Assembly (NCBI GenBank): GCA_001816585.1
Contig: MHCJ01000006.1
Span: 40-64,039, forward strand
Length of the DNA: 64,000 nt
Reading direction: 5' to 3'
DNA from: Candidatus Chisholmbacteria bacterium RIFCSPHIGHO2_01_FULL_52_32
GTDB taxonomy: Bacteria; Patescibacteriota; Microgenomatia; UBA1400; Chisholmbacteraceae
Part shown: positions 19,330 to 29,468 of the stretch, in pieces
Layout: the number at the start of each line of letters is the position of its first letter
Position numbering within the stretch: the first letter of the stretch is position 1
The notes under the pieces: generated by a model
Told to the model about the DNA's origin: nothing
What the model saw: only the letters and a program-made list of their open reading frames with translations
Databases searched by the model: none
Position numbers and translations under genes: made by a program

Positions 19330-21900
19330 TTACGTAATCCGCTCTGTCAAGGGAGTTGTAAGCCGCCTTTTTGAGAAAATCCATTTCGTACATTCAATAA
19401 TCACAATAACTATCAACGCCTCAAGGAAAACCCACAGCCATTCGAAAGGAGTGAGTGGCCTAGTCATCAGCAAACTCTGGAAAAACGGAATATAGAGCGC
19501 CGTGAGTTGGAAGAGGAACCCTCCGAGAACAGCAAGAAGAAGCCATGGGTTTGAGAAAAATTTGGTCTGCCAAATGGGCGATCGCAAAGAACGTGCAGAA
19601 AATACATAGATTAATGAGTTTGCTCCGAGCATCGAGAATGCAACAGTGCGGGCGGAATAAACATCTCCAGAGGTTCGCCAGAACCAGTAAAAAGCGATAA
19701 GCGTAACAACACCGGTAACTGCAGAAATGAGGAGGATGAGAAGCTTGATTTCCGAGTTGACCAACGGTTCACGCGGGTCTCTGGGCCTCTGCCGCATCAA
19801 ATCTCCTTCCCTCGGCTCGACGGTCAAAGCTAAGTTAGGAAAGCCATCACTGATAAGGTTTATCCAAAGAATCTGTGCCGCAGTCAAAGGCAAAGGGATT
19901 CGCAGAAGGAGTGATCCCATCACGAGCGTCACCTCTGAAAAGCTGTCGGAAAGAAGGTAAAGAATCACCTTCCGCAGATTCTCAAATATCCCTCTCCCCT
20001 CCTCGACCGCAGCGGCGATTGTCGAAAAGTTGTTGTCTAAAAGAACCATATCCGCGGTCTCCTTTGCCACGTCAGTTGCCCCGGAAACCACAATCCCCAC
20101 ATCGGCACGTTTGAGCGCAGGCGCATCGTTTACTCCGTCACCGGTCATCGCAACTACCTCCCCATTCGCCTGTAAGGCCTCAACGATTGAAAGTTTCTGC
20201 ACGGGATCAATACGAGAAAATAGGACGATATCCCGAACACGACCTCGAAGTTCGTCCAAAGACAGCGTTTCAAGCTCCGATCCCTCCATAACCAAAGGAA
20301 AACGCGCTCGAAGCTTGTCTTTTTGAGTAAGCAGTCCGAGCTGCTCTAAAACCGCCTCCGCCGTAGCCCGATGATCACCAGTGATGACTTTAACCGTAAT
20401 ACCGGCTTTCTTGGCCTCAGCAAACGCTTCGCTCACCCCTGCCCGTATCGGATCCTCATGAACAACAATACCAACCCAGGTTAAGCCGCTCCGGACACTC
20501 TTCTTCGTCAACTTCCGCTCTCCATCTTTTCTCGGACGGACGGCAAAACCAACGATCCTTAGACCCTTCAAGCCGTACTGTTCAAACTTACGCATCCACC
20601 GGTGTTTGGTCGATCCCGGCATGCTGCAGAAAGACAACACCACTTCCGGTGCACCCATCACAAACACACGCCCGTCATAGAGTTTCGCCGTAAATTTCTC
20701 CGTTGGCGAAAACGGAATGGCATCAACCCGCTCAGAAGCCTCAGCAATATGGGAAGGATCGACATTTTTCCGTTCTCGCACCCAATCCCAAATTGCAATT
20801 TCCAAAGGATCACGCTGGTCATTTGCCAAAACCGCAGCCTGAATCCCTACCTCCTCATCGACGAACTCAGCCTTCGTCACTCGCATCACGCCTTCGGTCA
20901 AAGTTCCGGTTTTATCGACACAAATGACGGTCACACTTCCCAAGGTTTCTGCTGCCATGAGCTTTCGAACCAAGGCCTTACGTCGTAAGATCCGTTGCAT
21001 CCCGATTGCAAGGATGGCCGTCAGAGAAACAGCCATTCCTTCAGGAATCGCTGCAACGGCAATTGCAACAGAAGTGGTAAATATGGAAAGGAAAGATTCG
21101 CCGACCAGGAGACCGGTCGCAAAGATCACAAAAGCGGTAATCCCGACAAAGACAGCCAGTTGATTGGAAAAGCGATCAATGCGTTTCTGAAGCGGAGTTG
21201 GCTCCTGAACCGTTTCCTCCAAAGACCGAGCAATCTTTCCGACCTCCGTTTTGTTACCGGTAACCACAACCAAGATTGTTGCCGTTCCGGAAGAAACAAT
21301 GGTTCCGGCAAAAACCCTCTCCTCACGCACCAACCCCTTCCACCGCTCCTGCAAATCCTCCACATCCTCCCCATCAAAATCTTTCAACCGCGTTCTCCTC
21401 TTTAAAACAGGCACCGATTCCCCCGTGAGGATCGCCTCCGTAACGGTAAAGTCATCCTCTTCGGCAACAACGCCGTCTGCAGGAATCCGATCGCCCAGCC
21501 CGACAAAACAAATATCCCCCGGGACGATGTCGGGAGCTTCAACCGTCTGCCGTCTTCCCTCTCGTATCACGATCGCTTTCGGGGTCAGGATCGCACGCAG
21601 AGCAGCGAGTGCCCGTTGAGCCTTCCGTTCCTGATAGAACCCGAGGATTGTATTCACCCCGACCGCAAGGCTTATCACCCCGGTATCCACGAAATCACCA
21701 AGAAGAGAAGTAATAAACGCGGCAAAAATGAGGATGTAGATGAGCGGAGAACGGAACTGTGACCAAAGCAGGGTAAGTTCCCCGACCTCCTTGTGGTGGT
21801 CGATCATGTTAGGACCAAACCGACTCAGACGCTGGCGAACCTCAACTTCCCGCAGTCCCTGTTTGAAAAACAGCCCGAAGCCTTTCTTATCCTTCACCAT
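19330..21900 (-). CDS. Cation-transporting P-type ATPase (type II, Ca/Mg-like).
   Basis: DKTGTLT phosphorylation motif, TGES actuator motif, and the MTGDGVNDAPAL and GDGVNDA hinge. Confidence 0.85.
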   Translation of the reverse strand: MVKDKKGFGLFFKQGLREVEVRQRLSRFGPNMIDHHKEVGELTLLWSQFRSPLIYILIFAAFITSLLGDFVDTGVISLAVGVNTILGFYQERKAQRALAALRAILTPKAIVIREGRRQTVEAPDIVPGDICFVGLGDRIPADGVVAEEDDFTVTEAILTGESVPVLKRRTRLKDFDGEDVEDLQERWKGLVREERVFAGTIVSSGTATILVVVTGNKTEVGKIARSLEETVQEPTPLQKRIDRFSNQLAVFVGITAFVIFATGLLVGESFLSIFTTSVAIAVAAIPEGMAVSLTAILAIGMQRILRRKALVRKLMAAETLGSVTVICVDKTGTLTEGVMRVTKAEFVDEEVGIQAAVLANDQRDPLEIAIWDWVRERKNVDPSHIAEASERVDAIPFSPTEKFTAKLYDGRVFVMGAPEVVLSFCSMPGSTKHRWMRKFEQYGLKGLRIVGFAVRPRKDGERKLTKKSVRSGLTWVGIVVHEDPIRAGVSEAFAEAKKAGITVKVITGDHRATAEAVLEQLGLLTQKDKLRARFPLVMEGSELETLSLDELRGRVRDIVLFSRIDPVQKLSIVEALQANGEVVAMTGDGVNDAPALKRADVGIVVSGATDVAKETADMVLLDNNFSTIAAAVEEGRGIFENLRKVILYLLSDSFSEVTLVMGSLLLRIPLPLTAAQILWINLISDGFPNLALTVEPREGDLMRQRPRDPREPLVNSEIKLLILLISAVTGVVTLIAFYWFWRTSGDVYSARTVAFSMLGANSLIYVFSARSLRSPIWQTKFFSNPWLLLAVLGGFLFQLTALYIPFFQSLLMTRPLTPFEWLWVFLEALIVIVIIECTKWIFSKRRLTTPLTERIT

Positions 21901-21954
21901 AATTCTCCCCGCCCACTTCTCTCTTTTCTATTCATTACGAATCTCACACCTACA

Positions 21955-22095
21955 AACTTCCAAAGGAGAGCGCGGAACAAATTTCGCAGGTCGCATCGGC
22001 CAGTCCGCCAGCTGGCGGACTGGCTAGCATCCCGAACACGAAAAGCCGACCAAAACCGAACCTTGTGCGACCAAGAAATTTCCGTTAAACGATCT
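21955..22095. repeat. Intergenic element R1 of about 140 bp, with a perfect 10-bp-stem palindrome ccagtccgccagctggcggactgg.
   Basis: Shares aaaggagagcgcggaacaaatttcgc...ggccagtccgccagctggcggactgg...gcgaccaagaaatttccgtt with the copy at 63535-63675. Confidence 0.6.
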
Positions 22096-22113
22096 CCGCA
22101 AACACCCCAATCC

Positions 22114-23880
22114 CTACTTGCCCTGCAACTGGTAAAGCGTGCTCACTTCTGCCATTGTCGTTGCCTGCCCGGGACCTTTATCATCGCGGAAGCGTACGAG
22201 CCTTGGAAACCGCAAAGCGAGCCCGGCGGAGTGTACCGGAGAGCGAGTGATGTTATCAGCCGCAATCTCAACCACAAGTGAAGGACGGGTCCAAATATCT
22301 GGCGCAAGAGTCTTCCCGATGTCTCCGTACTCCTTCGGCTTATCCGAAACAGCCAAACGATCAGCCCGAAGCCTCAGCTCTTTCCATTGTTCATCCGAAA
22401 GTCCGGTACCGATTTTGGAAATGGTGACAAAGTGCCCGCCTTTCGGAATCCCAACCAAAAAACCTCCGATGCCAAAACTCGCCCTTTTCCCCCGACCGCG
22501 ATAATAGCCCATCACGACGCAATCTAACGTATCGGAAAGCCCGGCAGTTCTCTCCTCAGCTTCCTTGTACTTCACCCAACTCCACCCACGTCTGCCCGGA
22601 GAGTATGGGGCGTTCCACTTTTTAACCACCGCTCCTTCTAGCCCCGCCGTAAGTTGCTTGGCATGAAACTGACGAAGCACGTTCGGATCTTCGGTCACGA
22701 TGCGCTCGGTCTTCATTAACACTTTCCCTCCAGCAAGAGTCTGCTCAAGAAGGGCGGCCCGATTGGAAAGAGGCAGATGAAGGAGGCTCCTTCCGTCCTT
22801 ATAAAGAATGTCAAAAACGAAAAACCGCAAAGGGACTTTCGCTGCTGCTTCGAGAATCGCGTGCTTCCGCTTTCTGGTGATGATCTCTTGAAACGGGAGA
22901 ATTTTACCGGAAGAAGTATCATACGAAACGGCCTCACTATCCAAAATAACTTCACGGGCAGACAGATCAGCGGTAATCCTCCCAAGCTCCGGAAACATAA
23001 ACGACACTTCCTCCAAATTCCGCGTAAACGCCCTCAAGAACACTCCCTTCGCTTTGCCCTTTGCGCTTTGCCCTTTGCGCTTTGCCCAGTGTATCTGCAC
23101 CCGCTGTCCGTCGTATTTTGGTTCCACCGCCACCCTGCCCATTTTCGCAATCATTTCTTGAGGAGATTTTAGCCGCTGGCAGAGTGCCGGCATAACGGGA
23201 ACACCGAGCTTCGCCGCAATACCCGAAAGGCCTGAAACGCCCTTTTTCTTAAAAAGCGCCGCAATCGCTCCGATATCAGCCCGCACGAAATAGGCCTGCT
23301 CAAGCCGCGGCCGCAAAGTTTTCGTTCCCGTCTTCATCCACGAAAGCGCGTCCAAAATAGTCACATCCGAAAACCCCAGTCGAAGTCGACCCAACACCAT
23401 CCGGACAACATATTTGCAGCTTACTGAATCGAGTTCATGAAGAAGCAAAACAAGTCCTTCTATCTTCCGCTGTTGACTCCCCTCCCCGTTTTCTTCCGCA
23501 ATCTTCCGCAATCTCCCATAGACCTCTAACATGGACAGTTTTGAGCTTCGAGTTGTAGCTATAACTTTTAACTTTTCACTTTTAACTTTTAACTTTTCTG
23601 CCACTTCCCCCAAATCCCCGACCTCCTTATACGTTTCCCTGACCCGATCTTCAGAAACGTTAAAAGCCTGCCCGATCACCCGAATGATCATCTTTTCTGC
23701 CAGCTGAAATTCTAATGGCTCGTAAAGCGGCGCCAATCTTCCCAAGGAAAGATAACAGAGAATAGCAATTTCCGTACTGGAAGCAGAGGAAAATAAATCA
23801 GCCAGAACCTCAGTGATTGCAAGTCGTGAGGTTATCCCTTCGAGTTTGGCAAAAAAGGAAGACAGTGTTGCAAAAGTCAT
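22114..23880 (-). CDS. ATP-dependent DNA ligase.
   Basis: Motif I KYDGQR (adenylation lysine) and an OB-fold C-terminus. Contains two in-frame repeat inserts: SAKGKAKG and KLKVKSEKLKV. Confidence 0.85.
   Translation of the reverse strand: MTFATLSSFFAKLEGITSRLAITEVLADLFSSASSTEIAILCYLSLGRLAPLYEPLEFQLAEKMIIRVIGQAFNVSEDRVRETYKEVGDLGEVAEKLKVKSEKLKVIATTRSSKLSMLEVYGRLRKIAEENGEGSQQRKIEGLVLLLHELDSVSCKYVVRMVLGRLRLGFSDVTILDALSWMKTGTKTLRPRLEQAYFVRADIGAIAALFKKKGVSGLSGIAAKLGVPVMPALCQRLKSPQEMIAKMGRVAVEPKYDGQRVQIHWAKRKGQSAKGKAKGVFLRAFTRNLEEVSFMFPELGRITADLSAREVILDSEAVSYDTSSGKILPFQEIITRKRKHAILEAAAKVPLRFFVFDILYKDGRSLLHLPLSNRAALLEQTLAGGKVLMKTERIVTEDPNVLRQFHAKQLTAGLEGAVVKKWNAPYSPGRRGWSWVKYKEAEERTAGLSDTLDCVVMGYYRGRGKRASFGIGGFLVGIPKGGHFVTISKIGTGLSDEQWKELRLRADRLAVSDKPKEYGDIGKTLAPDIWTRPSLVVEIAADNITRSPVHSAGLALRFPRLVRFRDDKGPGQATTMAEVSTLYQLQGK
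23052..23086. repeat. Tandem heptamer repeat (CTTTGCC/CTTTGCG)x5, inside the ligase gene and in frame. Encodes an AKGKAKG-type peptide.
   Basis: ctttgccctttgcgctttgccctttgcgctttgcc. Confidence 0.85.
23563..23598. repeat. Tandem heptamer repeat (AACTTTT/CACTTTT), inside the ligase gene and in frame.
   Basis: aacttttaacttttcacttttaacttttaacttttc. Confidence 0.85.
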
Positions 23881-24144
23881 GACCCTAAACCCTCTACCCT
23901 AAACCCTCTACCCTCATTCAATTTAAATCTGCCGCAAAACGATATACGCGAGAATAACAACAACGATAAACAGGGACCCAAATATCAAGCTTAACCATCC
24001 TCCTAAATCACTCTTAACAAGTTTGTGCAAGCCCTCCCCGATAAGGGTAAACCCAAACAGGCTTGGAATAATAAGGACCATATAAAGTAACTGAGGATCA
24101 GAAAAATCAATCATCCGCCTCCGCTGTTTATGGACGCCTTCGTG

Positions 24145-25314
24145 CTACGCTGCCAACACGTAGAACGAACCCTTCGTTACCCCACGCCTTTTAATGACTC
24201 TTTTTCGAATGAGATCGTTAAAATCACGAATGAGGGTATCTCTCGAAACCTTCGGCAAAAGCCGGCGAGCGATCCCTACGGTTAACCGTCCTTCGTTGGC
24301 TTGCATCGCTTCCAAAAGGGCAATTTGGCGCTCGGAAAGCGCCACCTGCCTTCCCCCAAGCTCTCCCTTTAAACGCAAGTCCTGCGAAAGCTTGAGAACC
24401 TGAGTTTTTACGCGCGAAAGCTCTGCGGCCAACCCCAGTGTGAAGTATTCAAGCCAAGGGGTCAAGTCATACCCCCCGCGTGCGACGTGCTGCAAAGCGG
24501 TGTAGTATTCACTGCTTTGGCGATCAAAATATTCCTCAATCGAAAAAAACCGCTTGACATCGTAGCCTTCTCGCAAAAGAACCAAAAGAGCAAAGGCACG
24601 CGCCGTACGACCGTTACCATCGGTGAATGGATGAATCCGCACGAGTTCATAATGAACCACGCCTGCCTTAAGAACCGCATGGTGTCCCTTTGTTTCCGCG
24701 CTATTGAGCCAGGAAAAAAGGTCCGCCATCTGATACGGGACTTCCACGGCCGGGGGTGGTCGAAAGGTTACCGCGAGCGTTGCAGCATCCTTCACCACCA
24801 CCTGAACCGTACGGTACGCCCCCCCTACTTCGGGCGGAAGAATCCGATCAACGGTCGTCGCATGGATCTTCTTAAGGATAGCTTCCGTGTATGTAGTAAA
24901 AGAAGTATCCTCTGAGATCGAGTCAAGATAACCCATCACATTTCGATAATTAATGACTTCTTGGATATCACGGTCGCGTGCCACGATCTCTGCTTTTGAG
25001 GCAGCCATCCAAGGCTCGTCTACCGGAGAGTACACGGCAACCAAACGTTCTGCCTCCGCCCGCGACAATGGATTTCCTTCAAGATGCGTTCCGTGGTGAA
25101 CTGTTCTAACCAGTGCATCGGTGCGGAATCTTGCTTCCCATGCCGGAACCAATGCAGCGTTCTCAATGACTTCCCTCGCCGCCTCGATGTGTCCGATGTT
25201 GGAAAGAATCGCCGTTGTTATGGTATAGTTTGGGGAGAACATCGCCGTAATTGTTGCATATACTGCATCAATTGACAATACCAAGAAAAGCTCCGGGATC
25301 ACAACCCATGGCAA
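24145..25314 (-). CDS. Fic-family protein (AMPylation/Fido domain).
   Basis: Canonical Fic motif HPFTDGNGRTAR. 389 aa with a C-terminal wHTH-like region. Confidence 0.75.
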   Translation of the reverse strand: MPWVVIPELFLVLSIDAVYATITAMFSPNYTITTAILSNIGHIEAAREVIENAALVPAWEARFRTDALVRTVHHGTHLEGNPLSRAEAERLVAVYSPVDEPWMAASKAEIVARDRDIQEVINYRNVMGYLDSISEDTSFTTYTEAILKKIHATTVDRILPPEVGGAYRTVQVVVKDAATLAVTFRPPPAVEVPYQMADLFSWLNSAETKGHHAVLKAGVVHYELVRIHPFTDGNGRTARAFALLVLLREGYDVKRFFSIEEYFDRQSSEYYTALQHVARGGYDLTPWLEYFTLGLAAELSRVKTQVLKLSQDLRLKGELGGRQVALSERQIALLEAMQANEGRLTVGIARRLLPKVSRDTLIRDFNDLIRKRVIKRRGVTKGSFYVLAA

Positions 25315-25607
25315 TAAACCAAAAATTCACTCGCGACACTAAAAATCTCCCCCAAGAAATCGTGAAGCAGATGTTAACGCTCGCAACTTCTGGATTTGGC
25401 CTCGTTGCAGCGTTAGCATGGAACGAATTCATCAAAGAGGCGATACAAGTCTACATCAAGCCCTACGTCCCGAAAGGATCAACGGTTGTGTCGCTTTTTA
25501 TCTACGCCATGATTGTAACAAGCCTTGCTGTTATGGTGACACTTCAATTAACTAAATTAAAAGCAAGACTTGAACGGGATGAAGGCTTGACGAAAAAGAA
25601 AGTCTAA
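25308..25607 (+). CDS. Hypothetical small membrane protein.
   Basis: The plus ORF from MAINQKF... has two hydrophobic helices. Start chosen to avoid overlapping fic. Confidence 0.4.
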   Translation: MAINQKFTRDTKNLPQEIVKQMLTLATSGFGLVAALAWNEFIKEAIQVYIKPYVPKGSTVVSLFIYAMIVTSLAVMVTLQLTKLKARLERDEGLTKKKV

Positions 25608-25635
25608 ACTTGGGCAGACGTTACCGATGCCGTCT

Positions 25636-26208
25636 TCAGGAAAGCGGAACTTCTGAAATCTTTTGGTATTCCGATCCTTGAGGATGAAGAATGCTTTGAT
25701 AGATAACCACCCGATCGATCAAAGAAAGTTCGGAGAACGCACCAACATCAAGCTTCTGAAGTTGTCTTCCAAGTTCCTTCTGGGCTCGAAACCGAACATC
25801 CGTCTGCATCCTCCCAATCGTCAAGTGGGGCGCCCAACCCCGTTTTTCATCGGGAAATCCTCTACTTACTAACGCTCCTGCAACTTGTCTCCGCAATCGA
25901 ACCAACTCCTGCTGATCCCCCTTAATACCCAACCAAACAACCCGAGGCTTAAGGTAATCCGGAAACACTCCAAGATAACCCAAGCGAATCGAAAAGGGCA
26001 CAATACTCTTCGCCCCCTCCGTAACCGCCTCAACAACCCGCGAAACCATGTCTTCTTCAGTCCACCCCACAAAGAAAAGCGTAAGATGAAGTTTTTCCGG
26101 TTTCTCCCATCGAACCAACCACCGCTTTGAGGAGAGCTTCTGAATCAAACGTTCAAGCTCCCTCCTCGCTCTCTCGCCCAAATCAACCGCCACAAACACT
26201 CGAATCAT
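25636..26208 (-). CDS. RNA 2',3'-cyclic phosphodiesterase / 2'-5' RNA ligase (LigT/ThpR, 2H family).
   Basis: Two H-x-T/S-x motifs: KLHLTLFFVG and PHLTIGR. Confidence 0.75.
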   Translation of the reverse strand: MIRVFVAVDLGERARRELERLIQKLSSKRWLVRWEKPEKLHLTLFFVGWTEEDMVSRVVEAVTEGAKSIVPFSIRLGYLGVFPDYLKPRVVWLGIKGDQQELVRLRRQVAGALVSRGFPDEKRGWAPHLTIGRMQTDVRFRAQKELGRQLQKLDVGAFSELSLIDRVVIYQSILHPQGSEYQKISEVPLS

Positions 26209-26211
26209 AAA

Positions 26212-27237
26212 TCAATACGCCAACACTTCCTTCATCACCGCTGGAACTTCCGCCACTAAATCACCCGCATTAAAGTACGGTCCGACACGCCGAAACAACC
26301 GATCCCCCGCTTGCTTGTTGATAAAGCTCCCCGCCTTCGCCGCCAAAAACGCCTCGTCCTTACAATACAGCGCACCGACCAGTCCCGCCAACACATCTCC
26401 CGTTCCTCCTTTCGTCATCCCCTCATTCCCCCCTTCCACTACCACACACTCCTCTCCCCAACAAATAATATCTTTTTTCCCCTTCAACAACACCGTCACT
26501 CCCCCAAGATATTTGGAAACCTCCCCAACCAAATGGGCCAACTGTCCATCGTTAATTTTTAATTTTGAACTGTAATTTTGCTTGCCCTGAGCGAACTTGT
26601 CCTGAGCCTCGTCGAAGGAGTCGAAGGGAACTTTAAATATTAAACTTTTAATTTTACTCAGCAGTCTCCGAAACTCTCCCCCATGCGGCGTAACGATCAT
26701 GTTATCATTGAAAAGTCCCGGATCAACTTCCTGCAATGCCCCTCCGTCAATCACCCACCGCTTACCGGGAAACTTCTGCAAAAGCCCGTTTACGATCTCC
26801 TCCGTAGGTTGCTCCCCTACCTCCAATCCCTCCCTTCGCGGCATCCCCGGCCCGATCACCACACAATCATCTTCCAAAATATATTCTTCAACCCTCTCCC
26901 ACGGCACCACAATCCCGTTCCAAAACTTCTCCTTCGTTCTCTTCCGCACAAGGTCATTATTTTCCATTGCCGGCGAAGAGAAATGAACCAAGTCAACAAT
27001 CCGACTTGCCACATCCGCGGTCCAAAAGATCGAAGAATGAAAAAGCTTGCTCCCTCCGATAACCAGAAGCCTCCCATTCTGACCCTTATGGGAATCTGCT
27101 GGAGGACGGTAAAGTCCCTGAAGATCTGCTGGTCCAATAGTTTTCATGACAACTTCAAAAAAACCGCTTCTCCCCCCATTATACCCCAAGGCCATTCTCT
27201 GGCCGCCTTTGGTATAATTCACGCCATGCATCGCCAA
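26212..27237 (-). CDS. ADP-dependent (S)-NAD(P)H-hydrate dehydratase domain protein (Nnr C-terminal / carbohydrate-kinase-like).
   Basis: ...LLVIGGS... and GGTGDVLAG motifs. Contains a composite insert of about 110 bp in frame, KIKSLIFKVPFDSFDEAQDKFAQGKQNYSSKLKIN. Confidence 0.65.
   Translation of the reverse strand: MAMHGVNYTKGGQRMALGYNGGRSGFFEVVMKTIGPADLQGLYRPPADSHKGQNGRLLVIGGSKLFHSSIFWTADVASRIVDLVHFSSPAMENNDLVRKRTKEKFWNGIVVPWERVEEYILEDDCVVIGPGMPRREGLEVGEQPTEEIVNGLLQKFPGKRWVIDGGALQEVDPGLFNDNMIVTPHGGEFRRLLSKIKSLIFKVPFDSFDEAQDKFAQGKQNYSSKLKINDGQLAHLVGEVSKYLGGVTVLLKGKKDIICWGEECVVVEGGNEGMTKGGTGDVLAGLVGALYCKDEAFLAAKAGSFINKQAGDRLFRRVGPYFNAGDLVAEVPAVMKEVLAY
26553..26662. repeat. Composite insert inside nnr: AT-rich heptamer repeats flanking a copy of the cctgagcgaa...gtcgaaggagtcgaagg element core.
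   Basis: gttaattttttaattttgaactgtaattttg, then cttgccctgagcgaacttgtcctgagcctcgtcgaaggagtcgaagggaac, then tttaaatattaaacttttaattttac. Read in frame on the minus strand. Confidence 0.75.
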
Positions 27238-28254
27238 GAAGCGCCGGAAACATCATTCTCACCCCTTGAGGCGTTTAGCGACACCCTCTCCCGCTATGCG
27301 CAACTCATTGGTCACACCGACCCGCTTTCCCCTTCCGAGGCAGCAACTCTCATCGCAAAACATTCGGGAACGTCAAGCTTGCCAGAAAAAACCACGGTCT
27401 CGAATAATATGAAACATCTCCTCCACGTTCTTCATGAGGAGGATGCGCAGATTCCCCCGGATGTTGTCATGTTCGCGCTTGACAGAGAAATGGACAAAGC
27501 AGAAATGCGAAGTCGCTTCGGATGGAAAGAAGTCACACTCCCCCAAGCCGCACGGGTTCTGGCAGTTCTTGGCGAACCGGTTGATCCGGGTCCTGCCTCC
27601 CAAATGGAAGCCAGACTGAAAGCGGCGTACCCTACCATATCCCAGTTGTTTCGCAGAAAGGCAAATAACACGGAACCGTCCATCCCGGCTCGATTCTTTC
27701 TCGAATTATTCGCGACCATTCTTCCGGACGAACAAGAACGAGCCCTCGTTGAGGCTGGGATAAGAAAATACGGTTTTAGCCCAACAGAATATGCCTGCCT
27801 CTACCTTACCGCTCGAGGAAAAACGAATGAAGAAATCACTGAAATCCTAGAATTCAAGTGGCAAAACGTAAAAAATCATGAACACAACCTGCTTGAAAAA
27901 ATTTGGGAAACAGGAAACACCGCCGTATACGACAGAACTCAACTCAGCCAGGTCGCCGTCCAAGAAGGCCTCGTCCCGTATTCCCTGCTGGTCAATTTGC
28001 CTGAGGCCGGAAAAACCGGAAATCTTGGGTTGCTCTCACCCAGAGAAGCAGAAGTGCTCCAGTTCATCACCATCGGTTTAGCCAACAAACAAATCGCTCA
28101 ACAATTGGTAATCTCGTCCCAAACCGTTAAAAATCATGTCACTGCAATCCTCGACAAACTCGAATGCCAAAACCGCACCGCCGCATCGCTTATCTGGCAC
28201 ATCGCCGCGCGTACCGGGCAACCAGAATTGAGGAAAAACAATGGAAGACCCTAG
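27226..28254 (+). CDS. LuxR-family transcriptional regulator with two tandem LuxR-type HTH domains.
   Basis: The C-terminal LSPREAEVLQFITIGLANKQIAQQLVISSQTVKNHVTAILDKL and the upstream TEYACLYLTARGKTNEEITEILEFKWQNVKNHEHNLLEKI are both HTH-like. The annotated plus ORF's 5' part is antisense to nnr, so the start was trimmed to Met 27226. Confidence 0.5.
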   Translation: MHRQEAPETSFSPLEAFSDTLSRYAQLIGHTDPLSPSEAATLIAKHSGTSSLPEKTTVSNNMKHLLHVLHEEDAQIPPDVVMFALDREMDKAEMRSRFGWKEVTLPQAARVLAVLGEPVDPGPASQMEARLKAAYPTISQLFRRKANNTEPSIPARFFLELFATILPDEQERALVEAGIRKYGFSPTEYACLYLTARGKTNEEITEILEFKWQNVKNHEHNLLEKIWETGNTAVYDRTQLSQVAVQEGLVPYSLLVNLPEAGKTGNLGLLSPREAEVLQFITIGLANKQIAQQLVISSQTVKNHVTAILDKLECQNRTAASLIWHIAARTGQPELRKNNGRP

Positions 28255-29384
28255 TCTTTCTGGCTTTGGTGAAGCTCCACAACCTCAATCCCCTTTGTCT
28301 GTCCAACCAGGTGAAGATCGGTCGTGGTCATAATCGTCTGCTGATGCGGAAGAATTCTTAACACCAAGGCCCGATGGTCATGATCAAGCTCCGACAGGAT
28401 ATCATCTAAAAGAAGTACCGGCCGTTCCCCGATTGTCTGTGACACATAGGAAAGCTCCGCAAGCTTCAACCACAGTACTGCCAATCGCTGCTCTCCTCTT
28501 GAACCATACAGCGCAAGATCCCGACCTCTACTTGTTACTTGTCTCTTGTCACTTGTTACTATCTGAAAGTCATCTTTATGCGGCCCAACCAAGGTATATC
28601 CGACCGCCACTTCCTGCTCAGCGTACTGCAAAAGTCTACTCGCAGAAACAACGGAGCTGTCGTAGGTCACCCGAAAGGAATCAATCTCTGCATCAAAACG
28701 GTTGATCGCTTCAACAAATGCCATTCGCTTTTGCGTCAAGACTTGGCCGTGTTTGATAATCAGCTGGTCCCAGAAGGCAAGGTGGGTTCGCGCAGTCCCT
28801 TCCTCCCGAATGGCATCGAGTAGCCTATTGCGTCGCACCAATGCCTTCTCGTAGGAAACCAAGCTCCGCCGATACTCGCGATCAATCTGCGATAAAACCA
28901 CATCCAAGAAAGCCCGTCGTACGGATGGACTGCCGAGGATAAGCTCCAAATCTTCAGGCCGGAATACCACGACGACCAACCGCCCGACATAATCGGAATA
29001 ACGCTTGGGAACTTCATCGATGCGATAGCGTCGTTTTGCAACCCGTTTTCCCTGAAGTTCCCCTCTTGTCAAAAGCACCTCAAGCTCAACCGAAGGGCCG
29101 GTATCGCCATCAGTCGCGGGTAATAATTGCTCAACCTTGCCTGTCACACGCGCCAACTCCTTGGTAAAAAGGATCATCTCCTCGGTCTTCTGTGCCCGAA
29201 AACTCCGCCCCGTGGCTAAAAGAGAGATTGCCTCCAAAACATTGGTCTTCCCCATGGCATTATTCCCTACAAGAAGGGTAGTGTTCGTTCCGAAACGAAA
29301 GGTCTTCCTTTCGTAACTGCGGAAGTTTTCTAAGGTAAGCGACAAGAGCTGCATAGTGGAGAAATATAGGAAACGGAAAGCCAA
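28251..29384 (-). CDS. recF: DNA replication and repair protein RecF.
   Basis: Walker A GNNAMGKTN, an SMC-like signature region, and Walker B LLLDD. An in-frame insert VTSDKRQVTSRG is encoded by a heptamer repeat. Confidence 0.85.
   Translation of the reverse strand: MAFRFLYFSTMQLLSLTLENFRSYERKTFRFGTNTTLLVGNNAMGKTNVLEAISLLATGRSFRAQKTEEMILFTKELARVTGKVEQLLPATDGDTGPSVELEVLLTRGELQGKRVAKRRYRIDEVPKRYSDYVGRLVVVVFRPEDLELILGSPSVRRAFLDVVLSQIDREYRRSLVSYEKALVRRNRLLDAIREEGTARTHLAFWDQLIIKHGQVLTQKRMAFVEAINRFDAEIDSFRVTYDSSVVSASRLLQYAEQEVAVGYTLVGPHKDDFQIVTSDKRQVTSRGRDLALYGSRGEQRLAVLWLKLAELSYVSQTIGERPVLLLDDILSELDHDHRALVLRILPHQQTIMTTTDLHLVGQTKGIEVVELHQSQKD
28529..28560. repeat. Tandem heptamer repeat (ACTTGTT/ACTTGTC-like), inside recF and in frame.
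   Basis: tacttgttacttgtctcttgtcacttgttact. Confidence 0.8.
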
Positions 29385-29412
29385 AAACTGTTAAAAGCCT
29401 TGAAATGATGAG

Positions 29413-29468
29413 GTGTAATTTTGAATTTTTAACTGCAATTTTTAACTTTTAATTTTGAATTTTAAACT
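29413..29468. repeat. Intergenic AT-rich heptamer tandem repeat between recF and mutM.
   Basis: gtaattttgaatttttaactgcaatttttaacttttaattttgaattttaaac. Confidence 0.8.
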
